IMG/VR virus record: IMGVR_UViG_3300035126_000842
Coordinates: 1-64,000 of that record
DNA from: a virus
Direction: 5' to 3' (one strand)
DNA: 64,000 bases
A program made the position numbers and the translations under genes. The notes under the pieces are model-generated. The model saw nothing but the letters and a program-made list of their open reading frames with translations. It was not told where the DNA came from and ran no database searches. Every line of letters begins with the position of its first letter. The stretch's first letter is position 1. Positions 54,101 to 62,421 of the stretch are shown piece by piece.

Positions 54101-57100
54101 TTCTTTTGTAAACTCAGGCATTGTAGAGTATAGTTCTTGAAACTTTCTATCAAAAAGAATAAAGTCAAGTATAGATGCAAATCTTTGACGGTCAGGGCGT
54201 AAAGCAAATGAAAGTTTATTAATAGTTGAATCAAACATTTGGTTTAAAGCTAGATAATGTATTAACCCTATTGCCTGATTTAAAACATTTGTATTGTAAT
54301 CAGAGTTACCTATGTAATGGGCAGCATTAAAATCTAGAGATTCATATACTAATTTAGACTCTTCAGCAAATACGTTATTAAGTTTTACTATACTTGTCTT
54401 TGTAAACTTTTGCCCTAGAATAGTATTAACTTTATTTTTGATTTCACTGCTGTAGTTTGATTGTTCTACTAATTTTCTGAATTCATTAGGTTGTATAATA
54501 CTTTTAAATTTATCTACTGTAGATGGAGATTTAGTATTATTTAATATTCTACCAAAAAATGGTAACAAAGGGGTTTTGGCTATTTCTGTGTATCTAACAT
54601 ACAGGTTTACCATAGGATTTAGTAGGAAAATAGATACTGGTTCTTCGTTAACACCTGCTCCCGTTAAACCTAATTGAAAAGATGCTGTATTTTTTCTAAT
54701 ACCCAAACGTAACAACCAAGGGTCTTTTTCTACGTCAACGGAAGCTTGAATCTTTTGCCCTGTGTAATCACCTTTGTCTTTACCATTTAAGTTAGTAAGA
54801 GCAGAATAATCTAAAGCATCTATTTCTACAGTAACGTTATCTGAATCTACTATTACATCAATTTCATGTTTAGTAGTTTTATAGTTGAAAGGTATTTTTA
54901 CTACTGTTACCGAGCCGTTTTTACCTATTATAGCATTAGGCATTTGTAGATTTGACTCAGCCATTTCATTAAGCATTGATGAAAATACGGCAATAATACC
55001 TAGACTTTTTTTACCGGCACTATTATAATCAAGCTTAAGTAATGATTGAAAAGGGTCTGTAATGTAACTATAGTTAGTTGCTATAGGAAACTCTGATAGC
55101 GTTATGTTATCATTACGTTTAGATATTTCTTTTAAGTTTTCATCTGTAGTAGGAAGAATGAGATACGGCAACAGTTCTTCAATAAGAAGCAATGAAGCTA
55201 CATTTTTGTTTATTCTATTGCCTAAAGCACCTGCTATGTTTTTGTAGTAGTAAACTTCTTTCTGATACTCTTCTGCTACTTTAAGCATTTGCTTTTCAGC
55301 TTCGGTTAAAGTATCTTCTTTAGTTTCTAATTCAGATTTATTTGTAAATATATCAGCGATTTTCTGATTGATATCTTCAATTTTTTTCTCAATAGACTCT
55401 AAAGTTTCATCACCTTCTAGCGTTAACTCATCATATTCAGCAAGAGCTTCTTGATTGTTATTAACTACTTTACGATATTGTTTTGCTTTATTAGCACTGG
55501 CTAATTCAGCTACATTTTGCATTCCAGTTCTTTTTAAGTCTGTAGTTACAGCACTTAATATTTTTCTTAATAGTTTATAGTAAGCAGCAGATCTTTCTTC
55601 TTCTACTTTGAGTTTACTATTAAGTTCTTTTATTTTAGCTTTGCTTTCATTGTAGCTTAGTGAATACTTGAGTATATTACCTTCTTCGTCAAAGCTAGGA
55701 TAAAGAAGTGTCAGTTTATCAACGTCAAAGTCACCACCTGATTTAGCTACTATTTCTGAAGGGAGTACAATTATATTACTTGCAATAGGGTCTAAAAATT
55801 CTTCAATTTCTAAAACCTCCATAGAAGGGTGAGCATGCACCGGAATTCTATCACCTGTAATGATAAACTTGTCCATATGCAATTTCTTCCATTCAGGTTT
55901 TGCCATCATCTCATTTAGTCGCGGTATTGTACCAATAGAATTACCGTCAGTGTGAGTAAGATTTAAAAGTTTGTAAAAATCACCCTGCATTGAGATTTTA
56001 ACTTGCGCAGGAAGAATTGTACCATCTTTTGCTTTTCTATATGATTTTAATTTGTTGCTGTAACGGACTTTGTCTTTAAGTACTCTTTTAAGTAGAGGGT
56101 CTGTCTCTACAAATTCCCAACCGGTATTTGCAACCTGAATCAAAGGTTCACCAGGAAACTTTTGCTGAATAATATTTTTCTCAATAATGTTTGCTATAAT
56201 GTTATCTAATATTACAGCTAAACCAGAACCTAAATAATCGTATGCAAAAGCTCCATCAATAACAGCGATCATATCTGTTTCATCTTCTGTTATATAACCT
56301 TTTTTCTTTAATAGTTCTTTGATGTAGCCTGCAAATTTTTCCATCCCTTTTTTATCAGGGTTTTTTAAATCTATTTGCAATGTAGCAGATAGTTTGTCCT
56401 TAAACATCTGTGTAGCATCTGCAATAGATTGTTTATACTCTTCTACTAAAGGTCCATACTTTTTAAATTCAGATTTAAGTTTACCATTTTCAAAGAACAA
56501 ATCTAATATCTTAGTTCTTTTCTGACTAGATACCAAAGACTTACCTTTAAATACAGGAGCAATATAAAGCTGGTCTTTAAAAAATGTAGTATTTATAAAG
56601 TTTTTGACAAAAGGTTTATCTGTTAAGTTACCTTCGTTGTCATAGAAAAGGTTAGATGTTTTATCAAAGAAGAAACTATTTTTAGAACCAGATACATAAG
56701 TTAATAATCCTATCTTTTCATTAAGCATTTTATTGTAGATAAGATTAAGATACCTTTGCTTTTGTTCTTCCCCTATTTTAGGATTAAGAACAGGTGGTAT
56801 TAATGGTACTATGTTAAACTTAAGCGTAAACGCTTGTATGTTTTTGTAAACGTTATCTTTTTTATACTTGGCAGGTCCCGCAAACTGATACTTTAATGAA
56901 GGAAAGAATTCACTAATATTCAAAGGTAATGTTTCTCCTCGCATTATTTTGTTATAATACAACTCTTTAGTATTGTCCCAATTACCTGAACTTAATGATA
57001 GCATTCTATAAGTAGGCAGTAAGACTACACCTTGCGCATCTGCTTCTTTCATATCAGAATACGGTTTTGTTCTTTTTTCTGCTACTTTAACATCTTCTAT

Positions 57101-60100
57101 TATACTTTTAATTGCTTCCTCGTATTCATTATAATTTTCTGATGTTACTTTAACATCTTCCAAAATAGCAACAGGTAGTTCTTGCATATTTATAATTTCA
57201 CTGCTGCTGTCACTAAAATCAAAAATGCTTTTTATTAAGTTTAAATAATCAGGATCTGAATAAACTGGATTTCCTCCTGAACCCCAAAGAGCATTTCTTT
57301 TACTAAATTCATCTTTGTCTAAGTTATAATTTGCTAAATCACCATAAATAAATATATTAGATTCAATATTAAATAAAGTCATGTTCATGTAAGAATGCTT
57401 GTATAGTCTTTGACCATCAGCTTCTACTTCAATACCAAGAGTTTTATTTATTGAAGCATCTATATTTGTTAAAACGGTAGGATCAATTTTTGCAAAACTA
57501 TTAATACCTGCTGTTATTCTAGAGTCGTGTTCTACTTTTATAGCGGCTTTAATAGCATCTGCTTGTGTACCTTGCAGTTTTTGTTTTACTGATGTAATAA
57601 CGTTTTCAACATTATCATTTCTTTTTGAATCATAAACTTCTTTTATTAATGATTCTACAAGGTTTGTAGTTTCAGAATCGATATAATCAAAAAACAAATA
57701 TTTTTTACCAAACTTACTAAACATTTCTACATTGTCATGCTCTCCTTGTTTTGTTTGATATACACGGATAGCTTCCGCTATAAAATAGTTATACAGTTGA
57801 TTGTAGAATACATTTTCAGCTTGAACATCTGCTGTAGCGTAACTTATAAAAGGTACCTTATCAATACTCATATAGTGTTGAGTACTTTTACCTGCATGCT
57901 GATACATTCTATAAGCATTATGAATACGAAGATTAATCATTGCTTCAATATTAGCAGTGAATACATTGTTGTCGTTTTCTGTAATACCTGTATTAGTATC
58001 GTTAGCAATACCAGACGCTTTAAACAATCTAAACTTTTTACCCTGTTGGTACACTAACTTATTAAGTAATGAGTCTGCCCAAAACGGATTTTCGTTAGGA
58101 GATTGATTGATACTTTCTTTTAGATTTTCATCGTTGTATAATTGTACATATCTCATCATGGATGACTGCAACGAAAATTCATTTTCGATATCACCGCTAG
58201 GATTAGTGTACATGTTATCGTTAGTAGTAATCTCAATCTGATTAGCAGCAGCAAATATCTTCTCTACTAAAGTTAATTGCTTTAAGTCTTTTATAGTAGG
58301 ATCTCCCTTTTTAAGCAAATTAACAATATTATCGACACTAGATAATTTGTTTCTATTATTGAACAGAACCATGTTTAATGCATTTAATCCATCAATAATT
58401 GTAGAATCTTTTAACATATCTTTTATTAAAGTATCAGGATATTCAATACTACTGTTTAGGATACCTAATAATTTCAGATAGTTAACTATTTTATATATGT
58501 TGTCTTGGTATGTAAATACAACCGTGCTTTTATACTGTGAAGATGTAGGGTCGTACAGCTTTTTATTTTCAGGGTGCGCAAAAAACTTTGCAGCATTAAA
58601 CTTTAATTCAGAACCTACTTGTTCTAAACCGTATCTATTTTGTTCTTCCACAGATAGTTTTGAAACAAAGTCTGTGTATTCTATTTCTCTCTTATTCCAA
58701 AAACTAATAAACTCTGTATTGCCTATATATGATTCTAAAATATATTGTTTCTTTTTAGAGTCATACGATACATTTGCTATAATAGGAAGTACTTTTTCTC
58801 TAGATAAACTTTTTAATAATGAGTTAAATGTAAAGAAGTGTTCTTTTACGTGCTCATAAAATGCAGGGTATGCTTTGGCTTTTTCTTCTATAACATTCTC
58901 TGCATTTTGTATATTTAGCTGTTGCCATTTTTCTAGAGTGTTACCTCCTATTATTCCATATACACTTGCATAAAATAACTTATCTGTTATTGAACTACCA
59001 TTTTGCGCATAAGCTTTAATAATTTCAGGTATGCTTAAAGGATCTAATCTACCAACTAATCCTGGTGTAGATATTAACTTAGTAATTGCAATGTTTGCAT
59101 TATCTAAGGTTAAAGGTAAACCCGCAGAATCTCTTTCTACATAATGAGAACCTAATACAATATCACCGTTTCCTGCAACACTATATTTGTTTTTAGAAAA
59201 CAACTCGTAAAATTCTCCTTTAGTAAGAATAGATTCAGCACCGGAAAGCATATTTACTTTATAGAAAAGGTCTCCTACTTTTTTAATACCTTCTGTTAGC
59301 GCATCGTTTATATACAAAGTATTATCCTTCAGCACTTTTATCTTAGGCATTTTTGTAAACATGAACTTTAAGTAAGGGGAAAAGTCATTATGTACCGAAG
59401 TGCTATTGTTACCTTTATCAGAATACTGACCATCATCTTTAGAAAGAAAATCTTCATCTTCATCTTGATAGATTTCATTGATGAATTCGTTCTCTTCTAT
59501 ATAATACTTAATAATACCTTGGTTTTCTGTTCTGCTTTTTAATTTTGTTACATCACCTAAATTTTGCAGAGCAATTCCAAAAAGCTTTACTGTTGACTCA
59601 TATGATTTTTTTAAGTCTTCGTTAGTAGTTTGCTCTACTAAGGATTTAAAAAGATTATATCTACTTTGCAGTCCTCGTGATATAAGCTGATAAACTGATT
59701 CTATGTTATCTACTTTAAATAGAAGTCTAACACTACCTAATATTTTATCTTGAGCACCTGCTTGCATTAGCATTGGTGTTATACCGGCACTAAATATAAT
59801 AGAGTCAATAGTCTTTTGTAGTAAAAGCGTTTCTTCACTAGTAAACTTATATCTAGTTTTTTTATCACCAACACCTACTATTGTTTTTTGCAAGATATTA
59901 GTTGAACCTTGATTGATATCATATCTGTAGGCTTCAAGTTTTTTAATATCTCCTGTGTATAAAGTATTAAAAATTTCTCGTATAGCAGGGTTATCAAAGG
60001 CATTTATATTATTATCTAAAGCAGTAGTTTTACTAAATAGAGAATCAAGAAGTTTTTTGATTGCTTTAAAAATTGCTTTTATTGCTTTAGTAACTACAGA

Positions 60101-62401
60101 GTTACTTTCATCTATTGCAAATAATCTATACTGATCTGCTAAAAATTCCATTGCTTCCTCATAGGTATCTATTTCAGAAGCGGGTTTTGTTATTTGTTTA
60201 TTCTTATAGTAGTATGTAACTCTACCTTTTATCTTTTTTACTTCTTCAAAAAGCTGTTGCTTTTGTTCTGGAGTAAACCACATTTCAGTAAACTCATGCC
60301 ATGCTTCATGATATAAGTCAGTATATTGTGATCCATTATATAGTGTAACACCTGCTTTACTCCAAGTAGCAAAAGCTCCTGAATTTACTATATCAAAAAG
60401 TTTTTGCAATGGTACATTTTTGGTTACAGGATTACTGTTAAACCATTCTAATGCTTTTTGATTAAGCTTATCTGTAGATAAGTTTGCAATGTTTTTAGAC
60501 ATCCATAGTACATCTCCTAAATCTTCTTCTGCTACAAATTCATCTTTTTGAGTACTAAATGGTTCAGTAAAATTTATTGCTAGTATAGGATTCAATATAG
60601 GCAATGTATCACTACCTTCTGATACAGTAACCGGTAGTTTATAATATTGTGCTATGTAGTCTGCACTATTTATTTTTGTTAATGTAAGAATTTTATTATC
60701 ACCATCTTGAACTATTGATGGAATTTCAATTTCTTGTTCATTAGGATTAAGCAAATAATTTTGCTCTAGACTTTGCCGTAAAGCTTGCTTAAAACCTTCT
60801 TTGTTATTAAGTTTTCTGTATTCTGTATAAGTCCTATCTGTTGGATTATAAATCTGTACATACCAATTTGACTCATAAGACTTTAGATTATGTTTTGCTG
60901 ATGCAGTTTTAAAGGTTATTTCTTTAAAATAAAAAGATTCAAATATTCTTTGTTTTTCTTCGGTGGTTAATGGTACCCCTTGATATAGTATTTCATCATT
61001 ACTCATTAACTCTACTAATGCATCTACAATAGGAAGTAAACGCTCGTTTTTCCTTTCTGTAGGAGACCCTAGTTTATTATTACCTAAGAAAATTGTAATG
61101 TCAAATTTATCATTTATGACCAAGCGAGCATTCTGTTTTACTCCAGAAACTTTAGCTGGGTTATAACTAACTGATGTTATACCACTTAAAAGCTCTCTCA
61201 AATCATTTGTAATATAGGTATCTCCTTTTTCTTCTAACTGGGATAGTTTAGAGATGTATCTTAAATAACCTATTCTACTATTTATATCATCTATTTTTAT
61301 TAAGTTACTTTCAGGATTTACTAAAATTTTGTCTTTAATAAAACGAGCAATATTTCTTGTAGTAGAAAGCAGATTATTTACATAGTCCTTTTTTTCGTTT
61401 TCTATTATTTCTATACTATTTTCTAACTCAATTATTCTATCAGCATTTCTTTCTGTTTCAAGATTTTCCTTGAGTGTATTTAAAGTATTGACTTTATACT
61501 TATTAGGATTTAAAACCATTCCTCTTTTTAAGAGTAAGTCTAATAGTACACTGTCTGTACTACCGTCCATATATTTATCTATGTTGTTTATTACTTCGTC
61601 TGGAATACGAGAGTAAGAAGCTATATAATAGCTACCACTAGAATCAATAACTCCATCATCATTAATAAACACAGGTTCCCCTTTAGCATCTGTTATAAGA
61701 AAGATATATTTGTTTCCTTTAGGATTACCATAAATTTTAGAAGAATCTACATCTTTTATATTATAAAGCCTGATGTAAAGGTTATTTAAAACAGGATCTT
61801 TATCTGAAATAGTTTTGAGAGTATTACTTAAAAAGTAATCAATAAACTTTCTAAAAGCTTTTACACCGTTGCTTTGAATTACATTTTTTGATAAATCGCT
61901 GTTGTCATAAAACTCAGAATCAGTTGGTTGAAATAACAAAGCAATGTTCATTGTATTAATTTCAAACAAAGATTCTTCGTAATCTCTATCATCAACAGTA
62001 GTAATACTTATTGGAGTTATAACAGGATCTACAGTAGGTTTAAGATTAAGATACTCAAGTACTTTGCCCTTAGAAGAATCAGTTGCTATATTCCAAGGTA
62101 TATTTCCAAGCTGTTCAACAATATACTCTGGAAAATACTTTGCATTTTTTTTATTTCTTGCTGTATTAACTAAAGCTACGGCACCTACTAAAGTAGCAAG
62201 TAAAGCTTTTTCATACTTTTGAGACGGTTCATCTACTATATCCGTAACTTGTTTATAGTAATCTTGAATAAAACTTTTAAGGTTTAACTCTTGATTTGGC
62301 TCTAAACTATCAAAAGCTTTTTTATAAGATAAGACGAAATGATTTTCAAAATTCTCTAAATCTTCCGTTGTAATGTTGCAAGAAGTAGCTGATATATTCA
62401 T
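51176..62401 (-). CDS. virion-packaged DNA-dependent RNA polymerase (crAss-like), polyvalent
   Basis: 3741 aa; RIP..AH.SM...IVLP...AKSGGDFDVDKL catalytic motif (55718-55732); HEAWH zincin motif (60296-60310); extra C-terminal domains. Confidence 0.9.
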   Translation of the reverse strand: MNISATSCNITTEDLENFENHFVLSYKKAFDSLEPNQELNLKSFIQDYYKQVTDIVDEPSQKYEKALLATLVGAVALVNTARNKKNAKYFPEYIVEQLGNIPWNIATDSSKGKVLEYLNLKPTVDPVITPISITTVDDRDYEESLFEINTMNIALLFQPTDSEFYDNSDLSKNVIQSNGVKAFRKFIDYFLSNTLKTISDKDPVLNNLYIRLYNIKDVDSSKIYGNPKGNKYIFLITDAKGEPVFINDDGVIDSSGSYYIASYSRIPDEVINNIDKYMDGSTDSVLLDLLLKRGMVLNPNKYKVNTLNTLKENLETERNADRIIELENSIEIIENEKKDYVNNLLSTTRNIARFIKDKILVNPESNLIKIDDINSRIGYLRYISKLSQLEEKGDTYITNDLRELLSGITSVSYNPAKVSGVKQNARLVINDKFDITIFLGNNKLGSPTERKNERLLPIVDALVELMSNDEILYQGVPLTTEEKQRIFESFYFKEITFKTASAKHNLKSYESNWYVQIYNPTDRTYTEYRKLNNKEGFKQALRQSLEQNYLLNPNEQEIEIPSIVQDGDNKILTLTKINSADYIAQYYKLPVTVSEGSDTLPILNPILAINFTEPFSTQKDEFVAEEDLGDVLWMSKNIANLSTDKLNQKALEWFNSNPVTKNVPLQKLFDIVNSGAFATWSKAGVTLYNGSQYTDLYHEAWHEFTEMWFTPEQKQQLFEEVKKIKGRVTYYYKNKQITKPASEIDTYEEAMEFLADQYRLFAIDESNSVVTKAIKAIFKAIKKLLDSLFSKTTALDNNINAFDNPAIREIFNTLYTGDIKKLEAYRYDINQGSTNILQKTIVGVGDKKTRYKFTSEETLLLQKTIDSIIFSAGITPMLMQAGAQDKILGSVRLLFKVDNIESVYQLISRGLQSRYNLFKSLVEQTTNEDLKKSYESTVKLFGIALQNLGDVTKLKSRTENQGIIKYYIEENEFINEIYQDEDEDFLSKDDGQYSDKGNNSTSVHNDFSPYLKFMFTKMPKIKVLKDNTLYINDALTEGIKKVGDLFYKVNMLSGAESILTKGEFYELFSKNKYSVAGNGDIVLGSHYVERDSAGLPLTLDNANIAITKLISTPGLVGRLDPLSIPEIIKAYAQNGSSITDKLFYASVYGIIGGNTLEKWQQLNIQNAENVIEEKAKAYPAFYEHVKEHFFTFNSLLKSLSREKVLPIIANVSYDSKKKQYILESYIGNTEFISFWNKREIEYTDFVSKLSVEEQNRYGLEQVGSELKFNAAKFFAHPENKKLYDPTSSQYKSTVVFTYQDNIYKIVNYLKLLGILNSSIEYPDTLIKDMLKDSTIIDGLNALNMVLFNNRNKLSSVDNIVNLLKKGDPTIKDLKQLTLVEKIFAAANQIEITTNDNMYTNPSGDIENEFSLQSSMMRYVQLYNDENLKESINQSPNENPFWADSLLNKLVYQQGKKFRLFKASGIANDTNTGITENDNNVFTANIEAMINLRIHNAYRMYQHAGKSTQHYMSIDKVPFISYATADVQAENVFYNQLYNYFIAEAIRVYQTKQGEHDNVEMFSKFGKKYLFFDYIDSETTNLVESLIKEVYDSKRNDNVENVITSVKQKLQGTQADAIKAAIKVEHDSRITAGINSFAKIDPTVLTNIDASINKTLGIEVEADGQRLYKHSYMNMTLFNIESNIFIYGDLANYNLDKDEFSKRNALWGSGGNPVYSDPDYLNLIKSIFDFSDSSSEIINMQELPVAILEDVKVTSENYNEYEEAIKSIIEDVKVAEKRTKPYSDMKEADAQGVVLLPTYRMLSLSSGNWDNTKELYYNKIMRGETLPLNISEFFPSLKYQFAGPAKYKKDNVYKNIQAFTLKFNIVPLIPPVLNPKIGEEQKQRYLNLIYNKMLNEKIGLLTYVSGSKNSFFFDKTSNLFYDNEGNLTDKPFVKNFINTTFFKDQLYIAPVFKGKSLVSSQKRTKILDLFFENGKLKSEFKKYGPLVEEYKQSIADATQMFKDKLSATLQIDLKNPDKKGMEKFAGYIKELLKKKGYITEDETDMIAVIDGAFAYDYLGSGLAVILDNIIANIIEKNIIQQKFPGEPLIQVANTGWEFVETDPLLKRVLKDKVRYSNKLKSYRKAKDGTILPAQVKISMQGDFYKLLNLTHTDGNSIGTIPRLNEMMAKPEWKKLHMDKFIITGDRIPVHAHPSMEVLEIEEFLDPIASNIIVLPSEIVAKSGGDFDVDKLTLLYPSFDEEGNILKYSLSYNESKAKIKELNSKLKVEEERSAAYYKLLRKILSAVTTDLKRTGMQNVAELASANKAKQYRKVVNNNQEALAEYDELTLEGDETLESIEKKIEDINQKIADIFTNKSELETKEDTLTEAEKQMLKVAEEYQKEVYYYKNIAGALGNRINKNVASLLLIEELLPYLILPTTDENLKEISKRNDNITLSEFPIATNYSYITDPFQSLLKLDYNSAGKKSLGIIAVFSSMLNEMAESNLQMPNAIIGKNGSVTVVKIPFNYKTTKHEIDVIVDSDNVTVEIDALDYSALTNLNGKDKGDYTGQKIQASVDVEKDPWLLRLGIRKNTASFQLGLTGAGVNEEPVSIFLLNPMVNLYVRYTEIAKTPLLPFFGRILNNTKSPSTVDKFKSIIQPNEFRKLVEQSNYSSEIKNKVNTILGQKFTKTSIVKLNNVFAEESKLVYESLDFNAAHYIGNSDYNTNVLNQAIGLIHYLALNQMFDSTINKLSFALRPDRQRFASILDFILFDRKFQELYSTMPEFTKESLLSIKRNSVRSSFYINTGSLPKTLLESLSPSMIQVVDFIYRNHYQDKIYESQMPFKDTKTAIKLYSNIIRSVMLQKLLNSRYKNDVYKGFNVIASTEFDADNNAVQTSVLKNDFNILLTSAVKVIEVTDEANNVVEKSLYVNRLNIALFAAGTSSDLDSSDYYVAYNIVKPDYRILKGTKRLEKYLIEYEIAKNKYPFNDFKNSTYYKQVYKNIEEDATYKDIKSKKPNLSKSQYAYQLFLRDMATISSMPVSVLSTKSISQTSTNIGYFINQIKVAYANVLLQAYPVLNNLNTKIKDNSDTLQIEIVGIKDNLEYYRKQIQTLIDPTKRTLSNSFDNMVLSDILTGVGLFSVMQNNTSSTSSKVQQLFVNESLLKNLATVAMSKPELEKLLKSIESDVVAANNHKKPGYIYVVPEQESETKNTLDVVPYRNIKTTKSTLFVAKSVSTSTTDTTQTAVSTQPETARTIYDKINKDKKTKSTNVEIAGQGDLSDVKYSAKTFWSEVVPEARAWFGDNLIIAYRGKKTNTFLQNYKGRLSGEPALTIGNPFDWQAETGTRDEQGIKSTKRFIHWMITGDNMGVTEATPEYRQAIIDDIKNGKLKNRPIIYYQEKGYATHATALDYLINEYNWNQPTTPTVSEGIEINSKQTGLGNDLTNVHFATNGKSKFDIIPTDKSLKNPDSVKLDSNDLAVKWAIDKGLKTYADAYGQSVEAWYKSNNAMSKGIPKGTEGDAYDMKLMIGLITDKLKQYPNLVTQITERGGLAFLDKSTHTMGTGRWSSKNPKNMFMNALKQAYQNVSATPTVTAKPTTQTLESKTELEVYIPDYSLAKSVHNTIQGRVAKGENFATVKNELYKKFYDSISEKYDQIPKDVNFNIRYVFGNNIIETKSIQDEARIKNVLVYDSITNRDPEIEKILTGLLYINAFVLYQKFGKINKQFLPPNLVAKVVVRETIDKANINENELNKVLEIIRNC

Positions 62402-62421
62402 ATTGTAAATATAGTAAAATT

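Noticed and set aside
36806-62401. Inteins or introns in PolB or RNAP
   Set aside because: There are no C/S...HN splice motifs or LAGLIDADG blocks, and the frames are continuous; the RNAP has no internal Cys.
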